From NCBI GenBank assembly GCA_937922045.1, contig CAKZXA010000032.1:7710-71709 (forward strand): DNA of 64,000 bases, in the 5' to 3' direction. The position numbers were made by a program, and so were the translations under genes. How positions within the stretch are numbered: position 1 is the stretch's first letter; every line of letters starts with the position of its first letter. Below are positions 37,091 through 46,399 of this stretch, in pieces. Below the pieces are notes generated by a model. The model was given only the letters and a program-made list of their open reading frames with translations. It did no database searches and was not told where the DNA came from. The DNA is from an uncultured Acidimicrobiales bacterium (GTDB lineage: Bacteria; Actinomycetota; Acidimicrobiia; Acidimicrobiales; SZUA-35).

Positions 37091-37696
37091 ATGGTTCATA
37101 TCGGCAAGGTCTACACCAAAACGGGAGATTCTGGCTCCACAAGCCTTGTCGACGGGACACGGGTTGGCAAGGATGAAGCTCGCATAGCGGCCTACGGCGA
37201 TGTCGACGAGCTCAACGCCACGCTCGGCGTTGTTCGCGAGTTGCTCGACGACGAACAGCTTGTCGCCTGGGTAGCAGCGATCCAGAACGACCTGTTCGAT
37301 CTCGGTGCCGATCTGGCAACCCCGATGCTCGACGGTGAAGGTGCGGGCACAACTGGCGACGGCGATGAGGCCGTTCCAGCATTCGCTGCGCTACGGGTAG
37401 TGGCCGGTCAGGTTGAGCGCCTTGAGAGCCAGATCGATGCCGTCAACGAGAACCTCCCCGACCTCACCTCGTTCGTGCTCCCCGGAGGTTGCCTTAGCGC
37501 AGCCGAGTTGCATCGGGCTCGGACGATCTGTCGACGAGCGGAACGCATCACCGTAGGTTTGGCTCGAAACGCTGAGGTGAACCCCGACGCCCTGCGTTAT
37601 CTGAATCGACTGTCCGACTGGCTCTTCGTTATGTCCCGCAAGGAATGTGTGGCCCAGGGCGATGAGATCCATTGGGTTCCGGCCGCTAATCGCTAG
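37091..37696 (+). CDS. ATP:cob(I)alamin adenosyltransferase, PduO type
   Basis: N-terminal hallmark VYTKTGDSGSTSLVDG and the helical-bundle motif AAYGDVDELNATLG. I trimmed the start to the ATG at 37091, which is preceded by GAGGAG. Confidence 0.85.
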   Translation: MVHIGKVYTKTGDSGSTSLVDGTRVGKDEARIAAYGDVDELNATLGVVRELLDDEQLVAWVAAIQNDLFDLGADLATPMLDGEGAGTTGDGDEAVPAFAALRVVAGQVERLESQIDAVNENLPDLTSFVLPGGCLSAAELHRARTICRRAERITVGLARNAEVNPDALRYLNRLSDWLFVMSRKECVAQGDEIHWVPAANR

Positions 37697-38129
37697 ATCG
37701 GCGGCGGCGGCGTTGAAAAAGCGAGGCCGCAAACCAGATACCACCAAAGACAGCGACCGGTTGCCAGAACTCTGAGCTCCAACGATCTTGGAGCTCGTAG
37801 CTAAGTGCCTTACCGAAGGCGGTTGCAGTGATGAGCATCATGGCACTTTGCCAGCGTCCGTTGTAGGGGAACAGGCCGATGGCCTCTCCTACGAAGGCGA
37901 TCGTTGCCGGGAGGCAGAGCAGCCAGATCAGGGCCGGGTCGAATCGGTCTGGCCAGAGCGACAGTCCGAGAGCTGCGGCGAAGGCAATCACAAACCCCAA
38001 GGGATACAGGGCAAGGCATCGGCGACAGACATGACGAGAACCCAGTCGCACGCAACGCTGTGAGTACTCGTGAGGCCAATGGTGGGCCAGCCACAGCTCT
38101 TCGGTGCCGAGCGAGGGGTCTGTTATCAC
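37686..38129 (-). CDS. Small membrane protein, DUF2085-like
   Basis: 147 aa with a Cys pair (CVRLGSRHVCRRCLALYPLG) followed by 3-4 TM helices. This matches the DUF2085 pattern by eye only. Confidence 0.5.
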   Translation of the reverse strand: MITDPSLGTEELWLAHHWPHEYSQRCVRLGSRHVCRRCLALYPLGFVIAFAAALGLSLWPDRFDPALIWLLCLPATIAFVGEAIGLFPYNGRWQSAMMLITATAFGKALSYELQDRWSSEFWQPVAVFGGIWFAASLFQRRRRRSSD

Positions 38130-38241
38130 GTTTCACTATCGGCACAGCGGCCCTGTCGCTAAGGCACTGGTTGAATGATCGACACCTTCCACCCTGTCAG
38201 CGGTGGAAACCATCGCTTGGCTGGCTACAAATAACACGGTC

Positions 38242-38610
38242 ATGACACGATCGGTTCTCAACCCCACTATCGCCCCCGGGAAGCGCTCCAGCCGCACCCG
38301 TCGGCTTCTCCCTGTCGGCGGGTTGGCCGCGGCGGCACTTCTTCTTGGTGCCTGCTCAGGTGGCCCGGGTTCAGAGGAGGACTTCGTCGAGATTCTCGAG
38401 CGGGGTGACTCCTTCGATAGCCAGCAGGCGACCTGCATTGCTTCGGCTGTCTTCGCCGAGTACGGCAGCAACGATGGCGCTATCGACGCCTTGTCGGGAG
38501 CCAATGACTGGTCGGTCATCACCGAGACCGAAGGTCTTGAAGGGTTTGAAGATTTCTATAGCGGTGTGGTTTCCAACTGCACTTCGGTTGGTCCTAGCGC
38601 AGACGGCTAG
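38242..38610 (+). CDS. Putative secreted lipoprotein
   Basis: Signal peptide with an RR pair and a lipobox (SRTRRLLPVGGLAAAALLLGAC-SGG). The mature part is small and acidic with two Cys. Start chosen at the ATG at 38242. Confidence 0.55.
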   Translation: MTRSVLNPTIAPGKRSSRTRRLLPVGGLAAAALLLGACSGGPGSEEDFVEILERGDSFDSQQATCIASAVFAEYGSNDGAIDALSGANDWSVITETEGLEGFEDFYSGVVSNCTSVGPSADG

Positions 38611-38672
38611 GACGAGAGGTAGGACTGAGCCTGCGTCCCATCCTTCGCCCCGTACGCGTTACTGCTAGGTTC

Positions 38673-39272
38673 GTGGAGATGGACGTCGACTACGTACTGC
38701 TCGATCTTGACGGGGTTGTCCGACACTATGACCCAGACAAGCTCGTACGTGCGGCCACGGATCATGATCTCGCGCCACAGGTTTTGATCCAGGCGATTCG
38801 CGAGCCAGCAACGATGGGTCAACTGGTAACAGGGGCGATCACGCGGCGCGAATGGGTGCAGCGCATCGGCGAGATGGTTGGCAATGCTGAGGCTGTCGCT
38901 CAGTGGTCCGATGATCGCGGCCGGATCAGTCGAGCGATGATGGATCTGGTTGATGAGCTTTGGGCTGCCGGTCTCACCGTCGGCGTCTTGACCAATGGAT
39001 CGTCGACGGTGGAAACCGAACTTATGCAACTGGGTGTACTCCATCGGTTCGACCGGGTCTTCAACTCGGCCGCACTCGGTGTAGCCAAGCCTCACCGAAA
39101 GATCTACGACGTCGTTACTCAGCAGCTGATGTTGGAACCCGAGCGCATCTTCTTCACCGATGACGTGGCTTCCAACGTTGATGTCGCACTCGAAGTCGGC
39201 TGGAGGGCTTTCTTGTTCGAAAGCGTCGACAAGCTGCGGGCCGACCTCGTCGCTCTTGGGTTCACGTCCTAG
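38673..39272 (+). CDS. HAD superfamily hydrolase
   Basis: Motif I is LLDLDGVV, and a downstream motif IV-like sequence is FFTDDV. 199 aa. Confidence 0.75.
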   Translation: MEMDVDYVLLDLDGVVRHYDPDKLVRAATDHDLAPQVLIQAIREPATMGQLVTGAITRREWVQRIGEMVGNAEAVAQWSDDRGRISRAMMDLVDELWAAGLTVGVLTNGSSTVETELMQLGVLHRFDRVFNSAALGVAKPHRKIYDVVTQQLMLEPERIFFTDDVASNVDVALEVGWRAFLFESVDKLRADLVALGFTS

Positions 39273-39293
39273 CAGTCTCGGGTCGGCGGAATC

Positions 39294-39323
39294 AAAAAGG
39301 CCCCGGACGAACCGGGGCCCTTT
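39294..39323. terminator. Bidirectional intrinsic terminator between convergent HAD and thiolase genes
   Basis: AAAAA-GGCCCCGG-ACGAA-CCGGGGCC-CTTT. This is a perfect 8-bp GC stem with an A-tract upstream and a T-tract downstream. Confidence 0.75.
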
Positions 39324-39382
39324 GTGGGGAGAGTTACAGACGTAGATTGCCAGCTTTCTCCGCTGGACACAAGATGAAGCGT

Positions 39383-40588
39383 CTAGAGCCGCTCGACAAT
39401 CATCGCCATTCCTTGGCCGCCGCCGACACACATGGTCTCAAGACCGACCGACTTGTCAGAGTCTTCGAGTCCGTTGAGCAGGGTGGTCATGATGCGGGCG
39501 CCGGTCATGCCAAAGGGGTGGCCGATGGCGATTGCGCCACCGTTGATGTTCAGCTTGTCATGATCGATGCCGAGATGCTCGGCCGACGGGAGAACCTGAG
39601 CTGCGAACGCCTCATTGATCTCCACGAGGTCGATGTCATCGATCGTCATTCCAGCTCGGGCTAGGGCTTGGCGGACAGCGCCGACAGGCCCGAGACCCAT
39701 AATCTCAGGGTTGAGGCCGGTGACTCCCGACGACACGATACGGGCCAAGGGTGTGATACCGAGGGCCTTCGCCTTGGTATCGCTCATCACAATGACGGCG
39801 GCTGCGCCATCGTTTAGCGGGCAAGCGTTGCCTGCAGTTACGGTTCCGTCGGGACGAAAGACCGGCTTGAGTTGGCTAAGGCCTTCGATGGTCGTTCCAG
39901 CGCGAGGGCCGTCGTCGGCCGCCACCGTCGAACCGTCGGACAAGGTCACCGGCGTGATGTCGCGCTCAAAGAAGCCGCGCTTGATGGCTTCCTCAGCCCG
40001 GTTCTGGCTGCGAACGCCCCAAGCATCCTGCTCTTCGCGGCTAACGCTCTCCGATTGGGCGACGTTCTCAGCCGTCTGGCCCATGGCGATGTAGATGTCG
40101 GGCAGGCCAGCTGGCGAGGTCCAGCTATCAGCTCCGGCCTGAGAACGGGCCTCGGTACGAGCCATGGCGTCAGTGAAGGCGGCGTTCTGGTTGGGGCCGG
40201 CGTCGGATGCGCCCTGGCCATAGCGGCTCACAAACTCGACGCCAGCCGCGATGAAGGCATCACCCTCGCCGGCCTTGATGGCGTGGGCCGCCATACGAAT
40301 CGTTTGCAACGACGACGAGCAGTAACGATTGACCGTGACGCCGGGAACATCGTCGAGCCCGGCCATGACCGCAACGACCCGGGCGATGTTGTAGCCCTGT
40401 TCGCCGGCGGGGGAGCCACAGCCCATCATGAGATCTTCGATATCGCTGGGATTGAGTTGGGGAACCTTCCCGAGAGCGGCCTTGACGATCTGGGCGGAGA
40501 TGTCGTCCGGCCGTTCGTCCTTGAGCGAGCCCTTGAAGGCTCGGCCGATTGGGCTCCGAGCGGTCGATACGATTACAGCTTCTGGCAT
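39383..40588 (-). CDS. Acetyl-CoA C-acetyltransferase (thiolase II)
   Basis: Active-site Cys (NRYCSSSLQ), plus [14 protein letters not shown] and [14 protein letters not shown] trimmed the start to the ATG at 40588, which is preceded by AGGAGG. Confidence 0.95.
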   Translation of the reverse strand: MPEAVIVSTARSPIGRAFKGSLKDERPDDISAQIVKAALGKVPQLNPSDIEDLMMGCGSPAGEQGYNIARVVAVMAGLDDVPGVTVNRYCSSSLQTIRMAAHAIKAGEGDAFIAAGVEFVSRYGQGASDAGPNQNAAFTDAMARTEARSQAGADSWTSPAGLPDIYIAMGQTAENVAQSESVSREEQDAWGVRSQNRAEEAIKRGFFERDITPVTLSDGSTVAADDGPRAGTTIEGLSQLKPVFRPDGTVTAGNACPLNDGAAAVIVMSDTKAKALGITPLARIVSSGVTGLNPEIMGLGPVGAVRQALARAGMTIDDIDLVEINEAFAAQVLPSAEHLGIDHDKLNINGGAIAIGHPFGMTGARIMTTLLNGLEDSDKSVGLETMCVGGGQGMAMIVERL

Positions 40589-40950
40589 TTGGGGCGCCTC
40601 CTGATTGCTTCCAGGCGGTATCGGTCCGCTGGAAGATGGTGCGGATACTCTCACATCGGCCGAAGCCGTCTGCAGATCAGGCCACCGGGGGTGGCCGCCA
40701 CGTGACATACTGCCAGGCTGGGGCGTTACAGGTCTAACCGGGCCAGATCTCGATATCTCTACTGTCTTCGACTGTCGATCACCCCGGTGTCGAAGCCGGC
40801 GAGATGTAGCCCGCCAGCAAATCGGGCGTGCTCAATCTTCGTGCACCGATCCATGACGACGTTGAGGCCGGCTCGGCCGCTGGTCACGTTGGCTAGTTGA
40901 GCACACCCGGTGAGGTTCGACCCGAGCTCTCGCTGGGCCTAGACGGCGGC

Positions 40951-41331
40951 CTAGGCCAGCATGGCAGCCATGGTAGCCAGCGCCATCAGAGCGACATTAC
41001 GCATGACATGGCGAGCCGATACCGGGGCGGTCGAGAGTGAGCCAAAGCAAGTGCAGGCCACGCCGGAACCTGAGTGCAGGATCGAAACGAGCACGGCGGT
41101 GAACACGGCGAGCAAACCAAAGGCGGCGACACCGGCCCAGGCCGGGGCGACGATGAGCCCGAAGGCCAGACCGACCTCAGCCAGTGGCACCAGTCGACTC
41201 AGCAGGCCGGGTTTTGGCATGCCGAGTGCGGCGAAGTTCTTCGTGACCGCCCCAAGGTCCCGCAATTTTAGGACCGCCGAGGCGGCGAGAACCAAGGCCA
41301 AGAGAATGGCGGAGACGGACCCGAAAACCAC
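40951..41331 (-). CDS. MauE/DoxX family redox-associated membrane protein
   Basis: 126 aa with 4 TM helices, AVLKLRDLGA near the N-terminus and the CxCFG hallmark (ACTCFGS). Confidence 0.7.
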   Translation of the reverse strand: MVFGSVSAILLALVLAASAVLKLRDLGAVTKNFAALGMPKPGLLSRLVPLAEVGLAFGLIVAPAWAGVAAFGLLAVFTAVLVSILHSGSGVACTCFGSLSTAPVSARHVMRNVALMALATMAAMLA

Positions 41332-41447
41332 AACGCTGAGCCTAGCTGCCGCTCCTTGGGCTTGATAGGCAGTTCAAGCGAGGAATGGCCTAACCGCGGT
41401 GGGCACAACTCCTCCTACCGGCTGGTCGCTGGAGCGTATGGGCCTCA

Positions 41448-41861
41448 TTGGCATGGGCGACATGCCCCGAAGGGGTTCCAGCCATAGGGGGGAAGTGGCA
41501 CCCTGAGGGTGTGGTTGATTCGCTGATCAAGAAGTTTAGACATGGTGTGTCCGGTGAGCTGAGCAATCGGCTGCAGGTGATCGATGCCCTCCTGGACCTA
41601 CGGCTTGAAGCTGCAGGCCAGGATGCTGTGGTCGATGAGGTAGACCGACTACTTCATGACCTGCCGGGCATGTCGATCGTGCCCAATGCGTGGTGGCTTG
41701 CCGCCCTCGATGATCTTGAAAAGGTTGTTCGTCGATCCTCATCGCCGCTGGCGGCCAACGAAGCCCGGGGCGAGATGTCGGCCGCTTCGGTGTGGGAAGC
41801 GCTCACGAACACGGAGTGGAACACGACACCGCTGCCGCGCCGCCGTCGCCCAGACCAGTAG
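41448..41861 (+). CDS. Hypothetical protein
   Basis: 137-aa ORF with a TTG start as listed; the start is uncertain. The helical-looking core is VIDALLDLRLEAAGQDAVVDEVDRLLHDL. I recognised no family. Confidence 0.4.
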   Translation: MAWATCPEGVPAIGGKWHPEGVVDSLIKKFRHGVSGELSNRLQVIDALLDLRLEAAGQDAVVDEVDRLLHDLPGMSIVPNAWWLAALDDLEKVVRRSSSPLAANEARGEMSAASVWEALTNTEWNTTPLPRRRRPDQ

Positions 41862-41870
41862 GCGCTTCCA

Positions 41871-42626
41871 CTAGCTGGCGTCTGCGTCTGAGGCCAGATG
41901 GCCACGTCGGTGGCCGCCCTGCCAGTCTTCGAAGGCTGGTTCCGCCTGCATGCTGCCGAGGATGTTCAGCTGGGGGACTTCTCGCATCGAGCGCTTCATC
42001 TCGGCGAAGCCAGGGAACGATGCCAAGGTGACGACGGCATCCCAAAGCCTCACCGAATCCTCAATCGGCGGCACGCGTGAGATCACCGGCCCAAAGAACG
42101 AAAGCCCGTCGGGCGGGTTGAAGGTGATGATGGGCGTGCCGACATCTCGTCCGGTGCGCGACAAGGCGAGCTCGGTTTCGGCGTCGAGCTCCTCGTCGAA
42201 GGAAGTGTCGTCGAGAGCATCGGCGTAGGACGTTGGCAACCCGGCTGCCTCCAGTACCTGGGTGGCGTGCCCCGTTGAGGACAGAAAGTCTCGCATCCCG
42301 GATCCCTTCGGTTGATCCCAGTAGCTTTCGCCGTAGGTCTTTACCAACGCTCCCATCGGTTCACGCCCAAGATCGCGCCGAACGGCGGCCGCCACCCGAA
42401 GGAACCGCAGGCCAGCGGTGTGGCCCTGTTCATACTCGGGCGGGAATTCGGTGGCGTAGTCCTTGTCCTTGTTGAGGAGCCGCAGAGAGATGAAGCGCCA
42501 GTCGATGCGGTAACCCGTTTCGTCGGCGACATTCTGAACCCAGCGCGAGGTGATCCAGGCGAAGGGACAGACAGGATCCCAGAAGAACTCGATGTCGTAG
42601 TTTTCGGAGCTTGTGGCATCGTCCAT
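41871..42626 (-). CDS. DsbA-fold thiol oxidoreductase, Rv2466c (mycoredoxin-2)-like, monothiol variant
   Basis: Collinear by eye with M. tuberculosis Rv2466c: FFWDPVCPFAWITSRW versus FWFDPLCPWCWITSRW, GTPIITFN...FFGPVISRVP, and LWDAVVTLASFPGFAEMKR. The second Cys of CxxC is Ala here (CPFA). Confidence 0.8.
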   Translation of the reverse strand: MDDATSSENYDIEFFWDPVCPFAWITSRWVQNVADETGYRIDWRFISLRLLNKDKDYATEFPPEYEQGHTAGLRFLRVAAAVRRDLGREPMGALVKTYGESYWDQPKGSGMRDFLSSTGHATQVLEAAGLPTSYADALDDTSFDEELDAETELALSRTGRDVGTPIITFNPPDGLSFFGPVISRVPPIEDSVRLWDAVVTLASFPGFAEMKRSMREVPQLNILGSMQAEPAFEDWQGGHRRGHLASDADAS

Positions 42627-42707
42627 GCAGAGGACACTAGTCCTCCAACTCCAGCCTGACGAGTTGTGGCGATGGGCCGTTGCCGGCTGGACCCTTGGGC
42701 TTGTGGC

Positions 42708-43361
42708 CTAGGGGGCGAGACGGCGGGTCAGCCTGTCGGCACCCGCGTCCAGCCCAGGAATCTGGGGTTGGACCGCCTGTTTCTGGGCCGCGAGGTCGGC
42801 TACGAGCTCTTCGACCTCTACCCATGATGTGGCTCTGAGGCCTGGCAAGGAACGGTTGTAGGGCTGGTCGAACACGATCACCTGGTTGCCAGCCGCTCGG
42901 AGGGCCTCGATGTTGTGAGGAGCATCGTCGATATAGGCGTCAGCCTCCACCTGGGGCTTGTTGCCGAGAAAGCAGAGATCGCGGTAGGGAATCCGATGTT
43001 CGTCGAGCCAGGCAACCGTGTCGCTCACGACGATTGCATGGCCCCAGTTGGTGTAGAGACGATGGGTGATGATGCGCAACCAGACGCCGAGATCGGAAAG
43101 GCGCCAAAGCGAATCGGGGCATCCGGCCATAACCGGCAAGGCACGAAACATCCGCTTTTCGACGACTGCCAGCTTGTGAAGCCTGAGGTAATCGTCCGTG
43201 CTGAGGCCCCAGTCGTCGTAGCCCCATGTCGTCGGAAAGGGGAGCGATCCTTCGTCGACACCCTTTTCGGCAGCTACGACGGCCCGAAAGCCACTGTTGT
43301 AGTCGGCGCAGACACCATCGAGATCGACGCCAAGGATGAAATCAGTCGTTGGGAGGCTCAT
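42708..43361 (-). CDS. HAD-type 5'(3')-deoxyribonucleotidase-like protein (NT5C family)
   Basis: Motif I is LGVDLDGVCADY. The 217-aa length and the later IDDAPHN motif are typical of the NT5C family. Confidence 0.7.
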   Translation of the reverse strand: MSLPTTDFILGVDLDGVCADYNSGFRAVVAAEKGVDEGSLPFPTTWGYDDWGLSTDDYLRLHKLAVVEKRMFRALPVMAGCPDSLWRLSDLGVWLRIITHRLYTNWGHAIVVSDTVAWLDEHRIPYRDLCFLGNKPQVEADAYIDDAPHNIEALRAAGNQVIVFDQPYNRSLPGLRATSWVEVEELVADLAAQKQAVQPQIPGLDAGADRLTRRLAP

Positions 43362-43510
43362 CTCATGACCTTTTTGACGACTGGTCTCATGACATTTTCA
43401 AGGTACCGGTTCTGCTCTCGCCCGGCATATCAGGGCTTGGATCGTAATGTTGACAAAAAACCTGGTCGGAATGCGCCTAGGCCGCCGGAAGATACGCCAA
43501 CCTAGGAACA

Positions 43511-46399
43511 GTGGATTCGGTTCAAGACGTGGCAGTGGTGCTCGGTCCAGGCAGGGCACCGGTAGGTCCAGAAGCTCCTGCCGGCAAGGCCGCGCTCTTC
43601 GGCATCGCCGCCGATCGCATCGTGGAGTACCGCCTCGTGCATCTGCGCGGCCGGCTAGACGATGGCCAGATCGAATCGCTGGCGCAAAACCTGCTGGTCG
43701 ACCGGGTTGGCCAGTGGTGGATGCGGCGCGAGGAGCATCTTCCGCCGACCCGACTTGGGCGGGCCGCCGTGGTGGAGACCGGCCTTCGACCCGGTGTAAC
43801 CGACCGCGAGGGCGCTGAGCTGGTGCGCTCCGCTCGTGAGCAAGGTCTAGACCTCGAGTCGGCCACGATCGGACGACGCTGGTTTATCTACGGACCGCTA
43901 CGTCCAGACCAGATTGAGACGATCGCCAATCGTGTTCTTCACAATGAGGTCATCGAGCGGTGGGCGCTGGACGAACTCGCTCCGGCCCACACCGACCCAT
44001 CGGCTGAGGCGCCGGCCACCGGCCATATCCCTGTCGCCGGTCTCGGCCGCGACGAGCTGGCGGCGATATCGACGAATCGTCGGCTCGGGCTCAGCGCCGA
44101 CGAGATGGTCGCCATCCGCGACTGGTTTGAGGCATCGAACCGAGAGCCGACGGATGCCGAGTTGGAGACCCTGGCCCAAACGTGGAGCGAGCACTGCTCG
44201 CATAAGACCTTTCGGGCCTACATCACTACCGACGATGGGCACGAGATTGATGGTTTGCTCAAGACCTTCCTCCGGGGCGCGACCGACAAGATCGACGTCG
44301 ACTGGATTGAGAGCGCCTTTGTCGACAACGCCGGCATCGTCCACTTCGATGAGACTCACGACCTAGCCCTGAAGGCCGAGACCCACAACCACCCATCAGC
44401 CTTGGAGCCGTTCGGTGGTGCGAACACCGGTGTCGGAGGTGTCGTGCGCGACATCCTAGGGGTGTCGGCCAAGCCCATAGCTATCACTGACGTCCTCTGT
44501 TTCGGCCCTCAAGACCTCGACCCGGCGGAGCTGCCGGACGGCGTGCTTCACCCCCGACGAATTCGCTCAGGCGTGATCGCCGGCATCGGTGATTACGGGA
44601 ACAAGATCGGCGTGCCCACGGTGGCGGGCGCCATCATTCATGATCCTTCGTATACGACGACGCCGCTGGTTTTCGCAGGCTGCATCGGCTTACTGCCTCG
44701 CGGATCGAACCCGACCGATGCAAAAGCCGGTGACGCCATTGTCGTGCTCGGCGGACGGGTTGGTCGCGACGGGGTCGGTGGAGCAACGTTCTCGTCACAG
44801 TCAATGAACACCTCGACCGCCGATGTCGCTGGTTCGGCTGTGCAGATCGGCGACCCGGTGGTTGAGAAAGGGCTGATCGACGTGGTTCTTGAGGCCCGGG
44901 AGCAGGGCCTCTACACCGCCATAACCGACTGTGGCGCCGGCGGGTTGTCTTCGGCGGTGGGGGAGATGGCTGAGGTTTTGGGTGCAACCGTCGATCTTGC
45001 CCTGGTGCCGCGCAAATATCCTGGCCTTGCGCCATGGGAAACCTGGCTCTCCGAGGCTCAGGAACGGATGGTCGTTGCTACTGACCAGCCCGAAGAACTG
45101 CTTGCGTTGGCTCGTCGCTGGCAGGTAGAGGCGACCACGATCGGTCGCTTCACCGGCGACGGCCATCTGGTGGTTGTCGACGGAGATGAGATCGTCGTCG
45201 ATCTGCCAACCTCCTTTCTCCATGATGGGCGGCCCCGTCTGTACCTCGACGCCACGATGGCGAAGACCGACCGTCCTCAGCGGGTCGAGACGGCGGAGCT
45301 GGACGGCAACGCTGCCCTGAAGGCCTTGCTCGCTCACCCATCGATTCGCTCCAACGAAGCGGTGGTCAGAACATTTGATCATGAGGTTCAGGGGGGCACG
45401 GTCGTGCGTCCCTATGACGGAATCAACGGTGACGGTCCTGCCGACGGCACGGTCGTCGTGCCGCAGGGAACGGTGTCACCGGTTCCAGCCGTCACCAATG
45501 ATGAGGTTGCCACGCCCATCAGGGGCGTAGCGATCGGTATTGGTTCAGCCATCCTCGTCGGTCGCCTCGACCCTGAAGCGATGGCCTGGGCCGCAGTCGA
45601 CGAAGCCATTCGCAATGCTGTCGTTGCCGGCGCCGACCCTGATCGCATCTCCTTGCTCGACAATTTCGCATGGGGGAGTCCGAACGACCCGGTCGCTTTA
45701 GGAGGCCTCGTCGCGGCGTGCCAGGGCTGTCATGATGCTGCGCTGGCTCATCGAGCCCCCTTCGTTTCGGGCAAAGATTCTCTCTTCAACGAGTTTGTCG
45801 ACGCCGACGGCCAGCGCGACCCCGTGACCCCAACACTGATCATCACCGCGGTCGGCATCGTGCCAAACATCAAGAGCATCCCCGCCGTTGGCCTGATGGA
45901 GGCCGGCAACGATGTCTGGCTCATCGGCCCCGATGCTGGCGCTCTCGGCGGTTCGTACTTCGACGAGACGATGGGCGGTGACCACGGCGGGCCGCCGCCC
46001 CAACCCGACGCTTCAGCTGCGGATCGCCATCGCGGCGTCCACGCTGCCATCGCGGCTGGCATCGTGCAGAGTGCACATGACATCTCCGATGGTGGGCTGG
46101 CGACCGCTGCGGCCGAATGGGCCTACGCCGGTCGGCTGGGCATGACGCTGGCGGTCGCCGAGCATCACAGCACCGATGTTCTCTTCGGCGAAGGACCGGG
46201 TCGTTACCTCGTGGAAATCGCGCCAGGCCACACCGATGCTTTGCTAGAGCTGTTGCCCGACGCTCGCAGGATTGGCTGGACGACCGAGGAGCAGCGCCTG
46301 CGTATCGGTACCACCCTCGATCTGTCGCTCGACGAAATCGGCGCCGCCTTTAACCCTGTCCCTGGTGATGATGAGGACGACGAGAGAGCAAACCTATGA
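43511..46399 (+). CDS. purL: FGAM synthase subunit PurL with two N-terminal PurS-like modules fused
   Basis: 962 aa. The PurL core has TWSEHCSHKTF, ETHNHPSALEPFGGANTG and the AIRS/AIRS_C repeats. The N-terminal ~155 aa contain two PurS-like repeats (VAVVLGPG...IESLAQNLLVDRV and VVETGLRPGVTDREG...IETIANRVLHNEVIERW). GTG start. Confidence 0.95.
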   Translation: MDSVQDVAVVLGPGRAPVGPEAPAGKAALFGIAADRIVEYRLVHLRGRLDDGQIESLAQNLLVDRVGQWWMRREEHLPPTRLGRAAVVETGLRPGVTDREGAELVRSAREQGLDLESATIGRRWFIYGPLRPDQIETIANRVLHNEVIERWALDELAPAHTDPSAEAPATGHIPVAGLGRDELAAISTNRRLGLSADEMVAIRDWFEASNREPTDAELETLAQTWSEHCSHKTFRAYITTDDGHEIDGLLKTFLRGATDKIDVDWIESAFVDNAGIVHFDETHDLALKAETHNHPSALEPFGGANTGVGGVVRDILGVSAKPIAITDVLCFGPQDLDPAELPDGVLHPRRIRSGVIAGIGDYGNKIGVPTVAGAIIHDPSYTTTPLVFAGCIGLLPRGSNPTDAKAGDAIVVLGGRVGRDGVGGATFSSQSMNTSTADVAGSAVQIGDPVVEKGLIDVVLEAREQGLYTAITDCGAGGLSSAVGEMAEVLGATVDLALVPRKYPGLAPWETWLSEAQERMVVATDQPEELLALARRWQVEATTIGRFTGDGHLVVVDGDEIVVDLPTSFLHDGRPRLYLDATMAKTDRPQRVETAELDGNAALKALLAHPSIRSNEAVVRTFDHEVQGGTVVRPYDGINGDGPADGTVVVPQGTVSPVPAVTNDEVATPIRGVAIGIGSAILVGRLDPEAMAWAAVDEAIRNAVVAGADPDRISLLDNFAWGSPNDPVALGGLVAACQGCHDAALAHRAPFVSGKDSLFNEFVDADGQRDPVTPTLIITAVGIVPNIKSIPAVGLMEAGNDVWLIGPDAGALGGSYFDETMGGDHGGPPPQPDASAADRHRGVHAAIAAGIVQSAHDISDGGLATAAAEWAYAGRLGMTLAVAEHHSTDVLFGEGPGRYLVEIAPGHTDALLELLPDARRIGWTTEEQRLRIGTTLDLSLDEIGAAFNPVPGDDEDDERANL

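Noticed and set aside
39872-40705. 277-aa ORF antisense to the thiolase gene (also 48229..48999 and 49003..49683, antisense to purF)
   Set aside because: These are shadow ORFs opposite strongly supported genes.
40740-40910. Short minus-strand ORF upstream of the thiolase (…VTSGRAGLNVVMDRCTKIEHARFAGGLHLAGFDTGVIDSRRQ)
   Set aside because: It is at most 59 codons with no clear RBS or family resemblance. It could be a gene fragment, but the evidence is insufficient to call a feature.
43362-43510. Possible ZTP (pfl) or other purine-responsive riboswitch upstream of purL
   Set aside because: I found only loose resemblances (gactggtc, cgcctaggc) to the conserved GACUGGCG and CCGCCUGGGC blocks. The required helices and pseudoknot partners are not evident. 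A covariance-model scan would settle the question.
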